From Selaginella moellendorffii (taxonomy: Eukaryota; Plantae; Lycopodiophyta), in NCBI RefSeq assembly GCF_000143415.4, contig NW_003314277.1, positions 1,873,185 to 1,937,184 on the forward strand: a stretch of DNA of 64,000 nucleotides. Reading direction: 5' to 3'. The translations under genes were made by a program, and so were the position numbers. The notes beneath the pieces were generated by a model. That model was not told where the DNA came from. It did no database searches and worked only from the letters and a program-made list of their open reading frames with translations. Position 1 is the first letter of the stretch. Every line of letters begins with the position of its first letter. Positions 12,403-24,800 of this stretch are shown here, piece by piece.

Positions 12403-12867
12403 ACTGCGCTCTGCTTCTCCGGCATTCTCCACAGCATCCACCTATATACAATCAAGACTCGTTAGAACGTGGACACTGATAAATGAAGCTTAAGTCAGGA
12501 GTGTAATCAAAGTACCAGAATGCAACGCTGCCCATGCTTGACCCGAGCCATAAAAGCGTCATGGAAAAATATAAAATCGCGATCTCTGACACAAACTCAT
12601 CCACCAACCTTGTAATAAAGGAGAAACAGCGAACAAACTTTATAATTTCTTGCACGATTTGTACAGTTGCCATGAAGCAGCATGGACTCTCACAGTCCAC
12701 CTGCAAGCTATGAAACACACACAGGGTGATCCACCCAAGATGAAAAAAAAAAAAATAGTCGTCAGCGTTAAAACTGGAATACAATCTTCTTACAGCTACA
12801 ATTGTCCTCGAGCCACAGATGAATGTTGACGCGAAAGAACTTGAAAGAAAAAAAAGCAGCTCCGCAC

Positions 12868-14804
12868 CTAGCGCGGATGGCCACGCCATTTTGTGGGATC
12901 AAACGGATGCATGCCTCCGTAAGGAACTGGGGGAATCCCATAGAACGGTTCGGGCCGCCGTTCATACCAAGCGGCCATTGCGTACCTGAAAAACAGTTTA
13001 CAGATGTAAGTCACGAGTATCACGAAGGGCGTATGCATACGGATCAGGCATTCCAGGGCCAGCCGGACCCATCCACGGTCCGACATAAGGAGCTGCGGGA
13101 CGACCAAACTGAAAGAAGTACACATTAGTTTAGGATTGTGGTCTTAATCATCACAAAATACTCATGTACCTGTTGATAGGTTCGGTTGTGCCTTCGAAGG
13201 TACTCCTCGTACGTCTACGCAAACAAAATGTCTCAGTGATGTGTTTGAAGAAAAAGCACTAGAAAACGTAAAGTGTGACGCTTACCATGTTGAGTAAATC
13301 TTCCTCTGGCAGCCTGTTCTTTCGAAGATCACGATCCCTTTCCTTACTCGTTGCTCTGTCCTTCTCTGATCGCTTGTCTCGCTCTCTGTCCTTGTCTTTG
13401 TCTGGGGTAATTCTCTCCGGTGCTTTCTGCTTGTCCGAGGTGTGCTTTTCAATTTTCTGAGAAGATCTTTCAGTCTTGCCATTCTGTCCACCGTCTCCAC
13501 GTAATCTTTTAGTTCCAATAGCGTCTTCATCCGGCTTTTTCCTGTGTTTTCTAAGGTTAGCAAACGCCAGACAAGCTAATCGACAAAACCTCTTTGCATG
13601 TCCATCTCGTTGTGCTCCTTCATCGATCAAAGCACAAAGCGACTCCCCAACTTCTCGAGGAAGTTCCTAAGAAAAAGAGAATGACAATGACGTGGGAACA
13701 TAAGAGACACAGATACCTGACAATCCTTGCTGATTTTTACGGGCTTATTATCATCGAGAGGATTTTTAAGATGCGAGGTTTCCTGAAATGGGAGATCATG
13801 CAACTTTAGCCAGTCCACCGAAAAAACACCGCCCCATGGACTGGAGCCATCGTTGGCGTCATTCCAAAGGTTGTCCTTTCGTCGACCGGGCCGAGATGTC
13901 ATTTCGGCATAGCCTTGGAAGTAACCACTCATGTTCACGCTGAACACTAAAACAACACGTTCTGAAGTCTAAAAAGAAAGAAAAAAAGTCAGAGCTACAC
14001 ACACAAAAGAACTTTGTAGCTACCTGAAATGCTTCATTCAAAATGTCTTCGTTCACCGCTGGTGTAGCCCAAACTCCTCTTTCAACAGATTTGGAGAGAT
14101 TCTGGTGGTTTAAGCTTTTAATTATGAAATATCTGGTACCATGTGATTTAGAACCTGAGAAAACCAAGAAGGAAAACGTAAGGTGGATACTGATATAAGA
14201 AGGTCTCACCTCTACGCTCTGATCCTTGGTTCTTGGAGCGTTTCACCTTGCACGTAAAACTCAAACTTCAGTAAAGGATACGCAAATCTTTGCTCTGGCA
14301 GTTACCTCCAATGGAGCAGGCGCTTCAGTCAAATTCTCGGCATCAAGGCTGAAAGGAGCACCTCAAAAATGAATTCGAAAGGAATTAGAAATCAAAACCA
14401 AAACTACTAAGACACCAAGAGGATCAATAGCAGCAGTGATCATCATATAAAAAAAAAAATCTGCCCGGGAATCACAGTCGAGGACTCTGGAACAAAAAAC
14501 AAACCTCTGTACTCTACGCCATGTACAATGACAACAAAAAACTTCCTACGTTAATAGCTAAGCCAAGAAGATATTTCACTTACGCCTCTTTCACCGTGTC
14601 CTCCCATCGCCCTCCATCCTCCTCCGGATCCACGAGCTCCTTGAAATCGTCGGGATCGCCCATAATATCGTCCAGGATGCTCTTCTCCACGCCCTTCCGC
14701 CGCGAAGATTGCCGCTCCAATGGCAAATCCGGCAATTTGATCGATCCAGAGCCATTCCTGGGCGAAACCCCCATTAATTCAGCACCTCGTCCCCCCGCGA
14801 TCAT
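12868..14804 (-). CDS. YTH-domain m6A reader of YTHDC type, no CCCH fingers seen (ECT12/DCB-like)
   Basis: TRYFIIKSLNHQNL..GVWAT, FSVNMSGYFQGYAEM and HLKNPLDDNKPVKISKDCQ, followed by an R/D/K-rich tail. The start is uncertain (ATG 14804 or 14774). Confidence 0.85.
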
Positions 14805-15075
14805 CCACAGGCGCCCAGGCGCCACAATTCTTTCCAAATTGGCGAGATCGCCCACCAGTGCCCTAAACCCGGAACCCTAGATCACTATTAGCATAAATTC
14901 CGTGAATATACCCCGTGTCTCACAAAACTAGCTAGGGTAAGCGCGGGTTTGGACTGTGCGCCGAGAGGATCTGGGGCGACGCGCAGCTCCAGGCGCTAGG
15001 TATGATCTTGGTATTCGATCTCCCTCCTCTCATCTCGCGGAAATCCATGGGATAGGGGGTAATCGTCGGGTCGCA

Positions 15076-16207
15076 ATGACAGAGCGCGTGAGCATACAGC
15101 CCGGGGAGCTGAGATTTCCATGTAAGCGCTCGTTTCCATTGCAATGGATCACTGATTTGCGAAATGCCTGTGTGCCGCAGTTGAGCTGAAGAAGCAAATC
15201 TCGTGTTCCTTGCGGCTCGTCAACAATACCGATGATTCTATCGCCTTTAAGGTCTCGAGTTTTTTTTTTCTCTCTCTCTTTTTTTTTTGTTCTTCGCTCG
15301 CTCGCTGGATCGTTCTTGAATCTATCTTCTTTGGTTTTTCTAGGTGAAAACTACCTCACCGAAGAAGTACTGCGTGCGCCCAAACACCGGCATTGTCCCG
15401 GCACGAGGAAGCACGGATGTCACAGGTATAAATTTATTCTAAAGGCTACTTTGTGGATTGATCATCTTCTCTTCCCTGTGTTTTGCCTTCGCAGTGACAA
15501 TGCAAGCACAAAAGGAAGCACCGCTAGACATGCAATGCAAGGACAAGTTCCTGGTGCAAACCATTGTGGTTCCAGCCGAGACAACCGTGAAAGACGTCCC
15601 TGAGATGGTACTTTGCTGTTAGTCGATTTGCCTTCGTCCCCTCATTTGTTTTCTTTGGTACCGATTTTCCCTGTGCAAAGTTCAACAAGGATAGCGGGCA
15701 CGATATCCACGACACGAAGTTGCGGGTGGTGTTGACGTCTCCTCCTCAACCCCCGTCGCCCGTTGCCGAATCGCCCGAGGAAGAGGGCGTCTCACCGAAA
15801 GCGATGCAAAACGGTGACTCCACTTTGTTCCAACAAACTGTAAGCTCACTCTCCTTGACATTCTTTCCTTCGACCACAACTAAAGTCTAGTCTTGTGCGT
15901 CCCAGGCAACGAAGGACACCTCGCAGCTCGAGGCAAATCTCGCCAAAGTGAACCAGGAGCTCTTCGCGATCAGGAAAGAGCGCGACTCGGCCGTCCAGCT
16001 CTCGCAACGGCTGCAGCAGGAATTGGTGAGCCCTCTTTTTTAAGTTTTGTGATTGCGTGCTCTTGTTCATCCCGCGCTTTTGAGCTGCAGGCTAGCAAAG
16101 CATCGAGCTTGAAGGAAAGAAATGGCCCAGCCGCCGGCTTCTCTTTGTGGCTCATCTTTCTAGTCGGCTTGTTAGGCATACTCATTGGCTACCTCATTAG
16201 TTCCTAA
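15076..16207 (+). CDS. VAP27: VAMP-associated protein (VAP27/PVA): MSP domain, coiled coil, C-terminal TM
   Basis: AFKVKTTSPKKYCVRPNTG, MQAQKEAPLDMQCKDKFLVQ and TM FSLWLIFLVGLLGILIGYLI. Confidence 0.95.
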
Positions 16208-16411
16208 GGAAGCAATCTTCTATTGTAATAAGTTTTGATCGGATGTAAGTCGAGTGAATGTCAAAACTTTTACTCCATAGCATGGTAAAAAAAATCATAT
16301 TTTTTTCTCGTTTAGAAATCAATCAATCACTTGCTTTTACAAATGTACCAAAATGGGAGAAACATTCTCTCCATTGTATGGTGCCTGTGTATGCTTTTTC
16401 CCAAAGAGAAA

Positions 16412-18532
16412 TCAATGTATACACACCGAGAGGATGAAAACAAGTAAGAATATCACAACTCTGGATGGTTTTGTCGAAATGGCGGCGTTGGAGTCGAGAT
16501 GCGAGGCTATGACCGCATGACCAGCAACTTTTACTTCGTCCGAGCCTGATCTCTGGCGTGTGAGTAAAGAGCCAAGTAAAAAAACAAAAACTTACAGTTG
16601 TAACTCATCCAGCCAATGCGCGAGTTGTCCAGATCGTAGACGACGAGCTTATCTTTCAACACGATATCTGGGAAGAGAAACATTAGCGCTTGCGACAATC
16701 GAGAAATAACATCACACCTCCTAGGATTGTAAGCTGGCTTCCGTCCTTGGGCCCAGCCGAGGAGCTCGATGATTGCCACCCAATGCACCACACGTCCGTT
16801 GTTCCAGTCGGCTGCGTGCGTGGAAAGAAAAGAGATTTAGTCTATCCATCTATCTAGCTTTTCCAAAAGGAAAGTAGCTTACTGCAGTTCCTCCCCACAT
16901 AAGATAGTTGTCTGGTTGCAACTCCATGGCTCCTCCTTCGAAATTCAAAGTGACATTTGGAAACAAGTCGCTCAATCTGAATCAAGAATTTGAGTAGAAA
17001 AATAGAGTGAGAGACAAGTGTTACTTTCAACTATTGAACGTGATTGCAGTACCTTCCGGACACGAGAAAGCATTGAGTATCCATTCCTTGGACACGAACC
17101 GGGGTTGCAGAGGTTGCCTCTCGAATCTGGGTGATAGAATTGTTAGCCATGAACTACACCGGTGAAGTTTATCAGGACTTACTGCCTGGACGAAGACGTT
17201 GTAAGCACCGCTAGGGAAATACGCAAGAGTAGTTCCACTATCCATGATCACTCCAGTATCGTTCGTTGATGAGAAATCCTCTGCGTCAATGGGTAGCCTG
17301 TTGGAGTTCACCGATATCCCACGTAAAACGACGTTGTAATGGACCCTGGGGATGGAAGAATTAATTTGGAAGAAGTAACAATCGTGCTAACTTACGAATC
17401 CGGAACGAGAGGCGTGTAAGTCATTCCAGGTTCCGCGATGCCGCCAATGACAAGAATGCCTCCTCCCCGTTTCTCCCCCTCCAAACAGTGTGAGAACACT
17501 CGAGGAATGTTTTGCTGAGCCGCTAATTGATTTGGCACGGATAGCTCAAGCTGGCCAAACCCGATTATCCCATCAACAGCCTGCTGCGACGTCGAGAGAT
17601 CGCCTGTTTGCCTGATGCTACACCTGTTTGGAGAGCACTGAAAACCATGAGAAACAAAACGAGACAGTTGCAGCCAAAAAAAAGCAGAGGAAAAAGAGAA
17701 GAGTTACCCGAACAGGACTTGCGACGTTGTGTTTGCCAATCCATTGCTACTAATAACGTTGTACTGCATCGCGTCCCGCACGTAATACCCCTCGGACGTG
17801 CTCCCGTCCCCGTAAGAAAATATATACTCACAATTGTTGGTGGTTTGCGAGCACTGAGCTTCGGCAAATCGCCGCCCTCTCACGCACAGAGGATCGGAGC
17901 ACGAAACCAAAGACGTCGTCGATGACTCTCGAGGATCATACATCGTCAAAGGTATCTAGACGCACAAGTCCTTGTAAGAAGATAAAGATGGAAACAAAAG
18001 AGCGAAGAAGAAAAAGTGCGAGGACCACTTACGTTGAGCGCACTTTTTCGTGGGCATCCCGAGCACGGCCTACAATTCACCCACAAGACATCGCTGCCGG
18101 TGTCGACTTGGACAATGTAGTGCTTTACGGGATTTCCAAGACCGACTTGCGTGAAGTAAAGCCTGGGAATGGAAGAGGATTTAAAAAACCGGTCAAAATT
18201 CTAGCGCTGCTAAATTAGAAAACCCAGTGAAGAAGAACTTACCCTCCGGAGAGAGGATCGGCGGTGCCTCCGAGAGAAAAGTCCACCCCCTCGGCGAGGA
18301 ATCGACCCCTGCGCCCGCGGTCGTGATCCAGCAGCAGCTGGAAATGCTCCTTGCTCATCCCTCCGCCGCCCCCATCCCTCTCCCTGCTCGATCCTTCCCG
18401 GTCGGAATACCTATGTGTGAGCCGCAAAATTCCCGCGCCGGCGGGAGCCTCACCGCAAACAATCGCGAGGAGCGAGCACAGCACCAAAATCCGCGTCCAT
18501 AATCCGGGGCAGCCGCTGCTCCTCAGCTCCAT
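16412..18532 (-). CDS. A1-family aspartic protease with hydrophobic, GPI-signal-like C-terminus (A36/A39-like)
   Basis: Signal peptide, VQVDTGSDVLWVNC, IMDSGTTLAY and DIVLKDKLVVYDL. The last exon ends VVIFLLVFILSVCIH*. Confidence 0.92.
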
Positions 18533-19019
18533 CGCCGATCGATAGACGAGAAGAAAAGGAGAATCGAATCCTGGAAGAAAACCAAACCCTGCGGATCTAT
18601 CGAAGCGAGAACAACCCTGGCGCAAGGAATCCACAGGGAAGAAATGCCGGCGTCCTAGCAGCCCCGCGCCCTGACCTAGCAGCGTTGCTGCCGCCGGCGC
18701 GATGCGTCCTAGCTACAAACTCCCGATTAAACGATTTTCAAATATAAACGCTTAACCCCCAAACTTTTATCCAGGGCAAAAGACACGTGGACGGCCACCA
18801 TTCAATCCCGCAGCTGACGCGATCTATAGACGCGGGAAGCATATTCTCCCGGCATGCTAGCATATTCTCCTTCTATTTGGTTTTCTTTCGTGGAAGTACG
18901 GCATGACTGACAAGTAGAAAGACGCGTGTTTTATAGCTCGACTTTTGCGTACGTAATTTATAGTGTCATCCTTCGCCAGCAAAAAAGATTACGTCCTAAT
19001 CATAGGACATTATCGCTAA

Positions 19020-19104
19020 GGGGTGGTGGCGCAGCTGGCTAGCGCGTAGGTCTCATAGCTTCTGGGAAATCCTGAGGTCGAGAGTTCGAGCCTCTCTCAC
19101 CCCA
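19020..19104 (+). tRNA. Elongator tRNA-Met(CAU) with 11-nt intron (19058-19068)
   Basis: GGGGTGGTGGCGCAGCTGGCTAGCGCGTAGGTCTCATA[gcttctgggaa]ATCCTGAGGTCGAGAGTTCGAGCCTCTCTCACCCCA matches plant tRNA-Met-e, and the intron lies after position 37. Confidence 0.96.
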
Positions 19105-19109
19105 AAGCA

Positions 19110-19118
19110 TTTTTTTTT
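19110..19118 (+). terminator. Pol III oligo-T terminator of the tRNA-Met
   Basis: T9 run a few nt after the tRNA 3' end. Confidence 0.8.
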
Positions 19119-19143
19119 ATCTTACAGTAGGAAGTTCTTTTCG

Positions 19144-20926
19144 TTATTGTTGTCGTTGTTGTTGGTCTGTTGGTTCGTGCTCTTGTTGGTGGAATGGTTT
19201 ACTCCATTCACCTCTGGGAAGCCCATTTCCATTTACACCGGCTTCCAGTTTTAGCTGCTGCTGGTGACCGCGATGAGCACCGTAGGGAACTTGGTGACGA
19301 TGATCTTGCGGACCATGATCTTGGTGGCGTTGATGATCGAGAGCTTGGTCTCGCGGCTGCATTGGATCTGTTGTTACGAGCAATCGCTTCTTACCGATCA
19401 GCTGGAGGCTCTGTGCGACCTCTCGCATCCTTGGTCGCTTGGACGGGAGAGGCTCCAAGCACGAGTGGGCGATCGAGGCCATGGCCGCCACTTCGTCCAA
19501 GTTACACTTCCCGTCCAGCCGGATGTCGGCCAGCTCCGTCCAGCCCACACTGTCGCTGTCCATCGCTGCCTGCAAGAGCGTTGAAGAGAATGTCGTGTGA
19601 GCAACCGGCGAAGAAGTTTAAGTGAGTTTGGTGCTCGTACCAACTGGACGTAGTCCATGAGTCCTTGTTGTGGACTTCGTCCCGTGATGATCTCGAACAG
19701 CAGGACGCCAAAGCTGTACACGTCGCTCTTCTCCGTGAATGTCTTCGTGGCAATGAATTGCGGATCGATATAGCCGAAGGTCCCCCTGAAGCCCGATACG
19801 GCGACGTCGTCACTTAGCTCTTTCGAGAGTCCAAAATCAGCAACCTGGAGGAACGCGAGAGTTTTTTTTTTGTTAAGTCGCTGTCATCAAAGAAAAAACA
19901 CCTCGCTTACGCGCGCTCGCATTGAGTAATCCAGCAAAACGTTTGCGGATTTTATATCCCGGTGGATCACGGGCGGTACTGCCTGAGAGAGTTAGAATAA
20001 GAAAACTAGCGTACAAGGGCAAATCAAAGATATATGATAGAAATCACTTACCCCGTCGTGCAAGTACTCGATCCCTCTGGCAATATCTTGGGAGATCCGA
20101 ACTCTCCAGTCCCACTTCAGGGGCTCCTTGCCTGCAAGGGAAGGCGAAGGGTCATTGAAAACTAGAAAGAAAAAACTTCACACTCACTGCTCAAAAGGTC
20201 TGCAAGGCTGCCATTGCTCATGTACTCGTACACAAGCATCCTGTGCTCTCGCTCGGTACAATATCCCACCAGATTCACTAGATTTCTGTGATGCAATCGT
20301 CCCATAAGGATCACCTGGTTGGTCCAAGCGAGAAAACAAAACCAGGAAAAAACCATCACACTAAGCTTGCTAGAAGTGTGTCAATCTTACCTCAGTCTCA
20401 AACTCCCTCTCGCCTTGTTTGGAGTTTGACGCCAAAACCTTGACGGCCAACACAACCCCGGAAGGCTGCGTTGCTCTGTACACTGGGCCAAACGCTCCCT
20501 GGCCCAACAGCGTCGTAAAATTGTTAGTGGCCTTTTGCAACTCCCTGAAAGAGAGCGACAACTTAGCGAAACTTGGAAGAAAAACTAAAGTCAATCTCTC
20601 CTTTCCTCTCCATACCTGTATGAAAATCTTGTGATCCCAGCATTGATGGCAGTGAAGCGTTTTCCTCTTCCACCCAACCACGAAGTAAACAGGCCAGCCT
20701 CCTTGGAAGCTAGAGCTTGCGGCGCAGTCGACGAATCGGATATCACCGAGCTGGAGTCGACGCCATTCACACGGATGGGCAGCACCACCGTGCTCCTCTC
20801 GCTCCAATTCCTCCTCTCGATCCTCCGCCTGTTCGCCCGGATGCAAAGAAACACCGCGCAGGCGAGGAGCAGCCCAATTCCTAGGCCAATTGAGATGCCA
20901 AGTATCAATCCCAGAGCTCCATCCAT
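19144..20926 (-). CDS. CRLK1: Calcium/calmodulin-regulated receptor-like kinase (CRLK1-like) with Q/H-rich C-tail
   Basis: N-terminal TM LILGISIGLGIGLLLA, LPIRVNGVDSSSVISDS, GQGAFGPVY, VAVKVL-like LAVKVL, HRDIKSANVLLD and ADFGLS. Confidence 0.88.
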
Positions 20927-21864
20927 CCTTCGCTTCCTATGATCGAGCTACGCCATGATCATGGAGAATAAAGATCGATGGAGTGCAATTAGAATGTGGC
21001 AGCCGGAATCCAAGACCGCGACTACTCAGACCGGGTCTCGAGCACTTTCAGAGAACCCGGCACTGACCTTTCCCTTGAGCCGGCGCCTCATCCTAGATCA
21101 CTGTTACCAGCGAGGAAATTCGCGATTCTCGCTATGGAGCCGATATTTCGAGCTGGATGATTACCAAGAACAAGAATTTCGAGCTCGCAGGAGATCTTGC
21201 TCAAACCCTAGCCAGCGATTGGAGCCGACTCCAGCAGTAAATGGATCGCCAAGCGTTACGAGCGACGCATTTACTGCCGCGAGGACGAGAAACAATCGCT
21301 ACTCGCGCTGCGCTCGGCCTCGATCCAAAGAAGAGCGACTGACTGCCTGACCGATCCCTGCGCTACTCTGCTCCACGGCACTGGCAGAAAATCCGAAAAT
21401 CACGATCGGGCGCCAAGCCTTGCGATCGCGATCGCGATCGCGCCAATCTTGATCCCTGCCAGGCGCTAAGAAAGATCCATCCAAAATGCCAAAACCACAC
21501 GAGCTCGCAGCCCAAGCAGAAGCTTTGAATACATCCTCTTCATGGAGCGGGGAATATACCAGGTCTCGTGGTCGAGACCATTGACCATGTTTTGCTTGTT
21601 TTTATTTCCTTCCACGTCGTCAAGCCTGTCCACGTTAATGCTTTGCACGTAAGCCTTGTTGCTAGAAAGGCCTTCCGTGGTCCACTTGTGATTAAATCTA
21701 TACACACTAATCTCTATAATATAGCCTCAAGTGGGACATGCTTCCAAAAAATTTGTTAGAAGTCGAGATAGAAATATTTACCTCTATAATATAATCTTTA
21801 GGAACGAAGCATACTTACAAATGTTTTGTTAGAAGTCGAGAAGAGTTTCCTTTAGAAATTTTTA

Positions 21865-24800
21865 CTAGTCTCGCGCGACTGGACGCGGTGATGGCAGCTC
21901 CATTATCTTGAGTTTAGGATGAGCTCGCAATAAACTGCTTAAATCCAATGGATTAGCAAGTTCCAAAGCATATAAAACTCTCGTACTTGATATCGTTGGG
22001 TGTGATAAATATCCACTGGGAGCCTTGCTCGATCGCAAATGCTGCGAGCGTTTCCAAGCTGCTTTTTCGCGAAACATCGTCCTGGAAGTCAAGAGGGCTG
22101 TAAGAAAACGCAGCCAAGAAGACGAGAGAGTTCTCACCATAAACACATCGAACTCGTCCATCGCACGAAACGACGCGTTTGTCATTCCGTGTAGAGCTAG
22201 TGCAAAGCTCAGTGTGCAAAAGGATCTCTCTCCCCCTGTGGCGATTGTAGAAAACTGTGAGATCAACACGACGAGACGAAAAAACTTTTACCTGATAGAG
22301 ACCGCATGTCCTTGACAGAGCTAGAGTCATGTGGCACACAAACCTGGTAAGAAGTCAAGGGAGGAAAAAAAGAAAAAAGAAGAACATGATCCACCTCTAG
22401 TTTAAGCGTCTTCGATTCGTAATCCACTTGAACGCGACCGTGGAAAAGATTTCTCCTGAGATGACCATTGAATCTGCAGCAAACATGTCATACATGATCA
22501 ACTCCATCAACGCTTCGCATTTCAAATTCTTACTCCCATTGAAGTTGTTTTTTCAGAAGGCTAGAGCTCGCCTCAAACTTCTCGCACCGTTTCTTGTGCC
22601 GCGTCGCTATATCCTGTCAATATAAACGAAAAAACTTCAGGGTAAGCTCGCTCGGTGAGAATGACCAAGCAATTTGCCTTACATCGACTTTTTCCTCTAG
22701 TTGAGAATTCTTCCGCTTCCTACTCGAGATTTGCTTTATCAATTTGCGCCTCTGATGCTGAAGCTCATCCACTGATACGTTACTCCTAGAGAAACAAAAG
22801 GCAAAGTTTGCAAAAGCGTTGAAACGACAGTGCATTGGTGACAATTACTCTCGCACTGATCGACTAGTAAGAGCGTTGTAACGAGCTTGAAGTCGCTTCC
22901 TTGTGTCGGTAACACCTCCAATTTCTTGCAACTCCTCTTCACTGCAAATCCCCAAAGCTTTGCAAGCGTCTTCCTACAGATTTTGATTAGAAGAACATTA
23001 GCTTCGAAACGAAACTGGTATGCTACTCACCTGCCTAATTTCTTGCAGCTTTGCCGCATTCTCTTTCGCATCATTCACCGCTTGGTGACTGTCCTTTAGA
23101 TTACATTTCAAGGCCTCCAACCTCTGCAAGAAGAGTTAGAGAAGCATTGATCATGCAGTCCTTACTTGACAAACATCTACTGCCTTGTCCAGCAAAGCCC
23201 GCAGCTCAGACGCAGAATTTTCGAGAGCTTTTACATCATCTCTAACCGAATCTGGAGGAAATAGCAGCTTTTTTCACGCACTGGTTGGAAACAAGATTGT
23301 AAACTACCTTCAAAGGAATCAAGTCGAGACGAGGAAAGCTCTTTTCTTTCTCGAGCAGCGGCGTGTTTAAGTCGGAGTTCTCTAATCTCCCGTTCCAGTT
23401 CCAAGGCTTCAGCTTCCGTAACCTGGAAAATTGAGAAGGTAAATCTTGACCGATTCAATATCTGTAGCTTACGAGTATATTGTCTTCAAGCTCTCCAATG
23501 TTTGGCATGGCTCCTCGTGCAGCTACCTCAGCCTGACTCCTCAAGTCACGAAGACAAAACTCTTTAGTGGAAAGAAGACGCTGAGTATCTCTTTGCTTCG
23601 TCTGCACAATTTACATAGGATAGTTAAGAAGACAATCGCAATCAGTGAAACAACGATCACCGCAAAACTGTCAAGGTCACGCCTGATCTCTCGGATCGCA
23701 TCCTCGGCATTTCTCTTCTGAGCTTCAATCGAAATTATCTCCGCTGTTAGTCGAGATACGTCACCGCGGAATTGACAAATATTTGCTCCATTATCGTTTT
23801 GTAGACGACCACCTCGCAAACTCCGATTTTTTGGAAGTACAGTCTGAGCACCAGCTCTGAAAATCCTGTAACCGAACAGAATTACAAAACATGCCAACAC
23901 CAGAAAAGAAGTATACCATTTTACTCCGTCTTTCTGAAAAATCTCTTTCACGTTAGTCCGACGAGAATCAGCTAGCCTTGCAGCTTCAGCATAATTCTCC
24001 ACCAAAACCTGTCGTTCCATGCCTCCCTACATCAAAGACAGTCATGCACAATTTTCTCGTCCGAAGCTACTTACATGATCGATCAGCACATTCGTGACTG
24101 TGGTGCAGCCAGCTTCCAAGATCGACATTACAGTCACTAAGTTATGATCGGGAAGGCTCCAGTGTGGAAGGTTTAGCCTTGGAAGAGAAAGGACCACGGG
24201 GTTTAGTAAGGAGCACAGACATATATCATACTCACGGTGGAATGTCAAAGTTGTAAATTATAATTAGGAGCTGATGTAAACCGCATTGATGAGCAAGCCC
24301 GCAAAGAACCAAACAATCTTCGTGAGTGTTCACTATAAAAGCTTCCATCAACCTTCCTATCGCGACTTCCACAGCTATTGCCCATGCACTCCCTCCAATC
24401 AAAGCCTTGAATGGAAAAGAAAAAGGAGTTAGAAGAAATACAAGAGGAAACTTACGAGATGGGCCCCGATTGGGCCGACAGGTGGTCTTGTGAATAAGCT
24501 CTGATTCCTTTCAATAGCTTGCAGAAGATATGTCACTTTTTCTCCACCGAACGCGTGAATCTACGAAAGCGAAAGGGAATCACCCTTTAGAAAACAGTTC
24601 GAGATTAATGCATACCCTGTTTCGTTGTTGAGATGAAAGGCTCTTGATATGTCCCTCCAAATCATGCATTTCCCGACGCTTGTCACCCATCTAAATCAAA
24701 GAAATCCACAGCACTGACAACGAAATGCAAAGCAAATGTACCTCGTTGTTCATGCTTGCAATTGCGGCCTCAAGTTCTTCCCATCTCTTTCGTAAATTCG

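Noticed and set aside
21711-21845. Imperfect ~60-bp direct repeat downstream of SMC6 copy 2
   Set aside because: Small local duplication with no functional signal.
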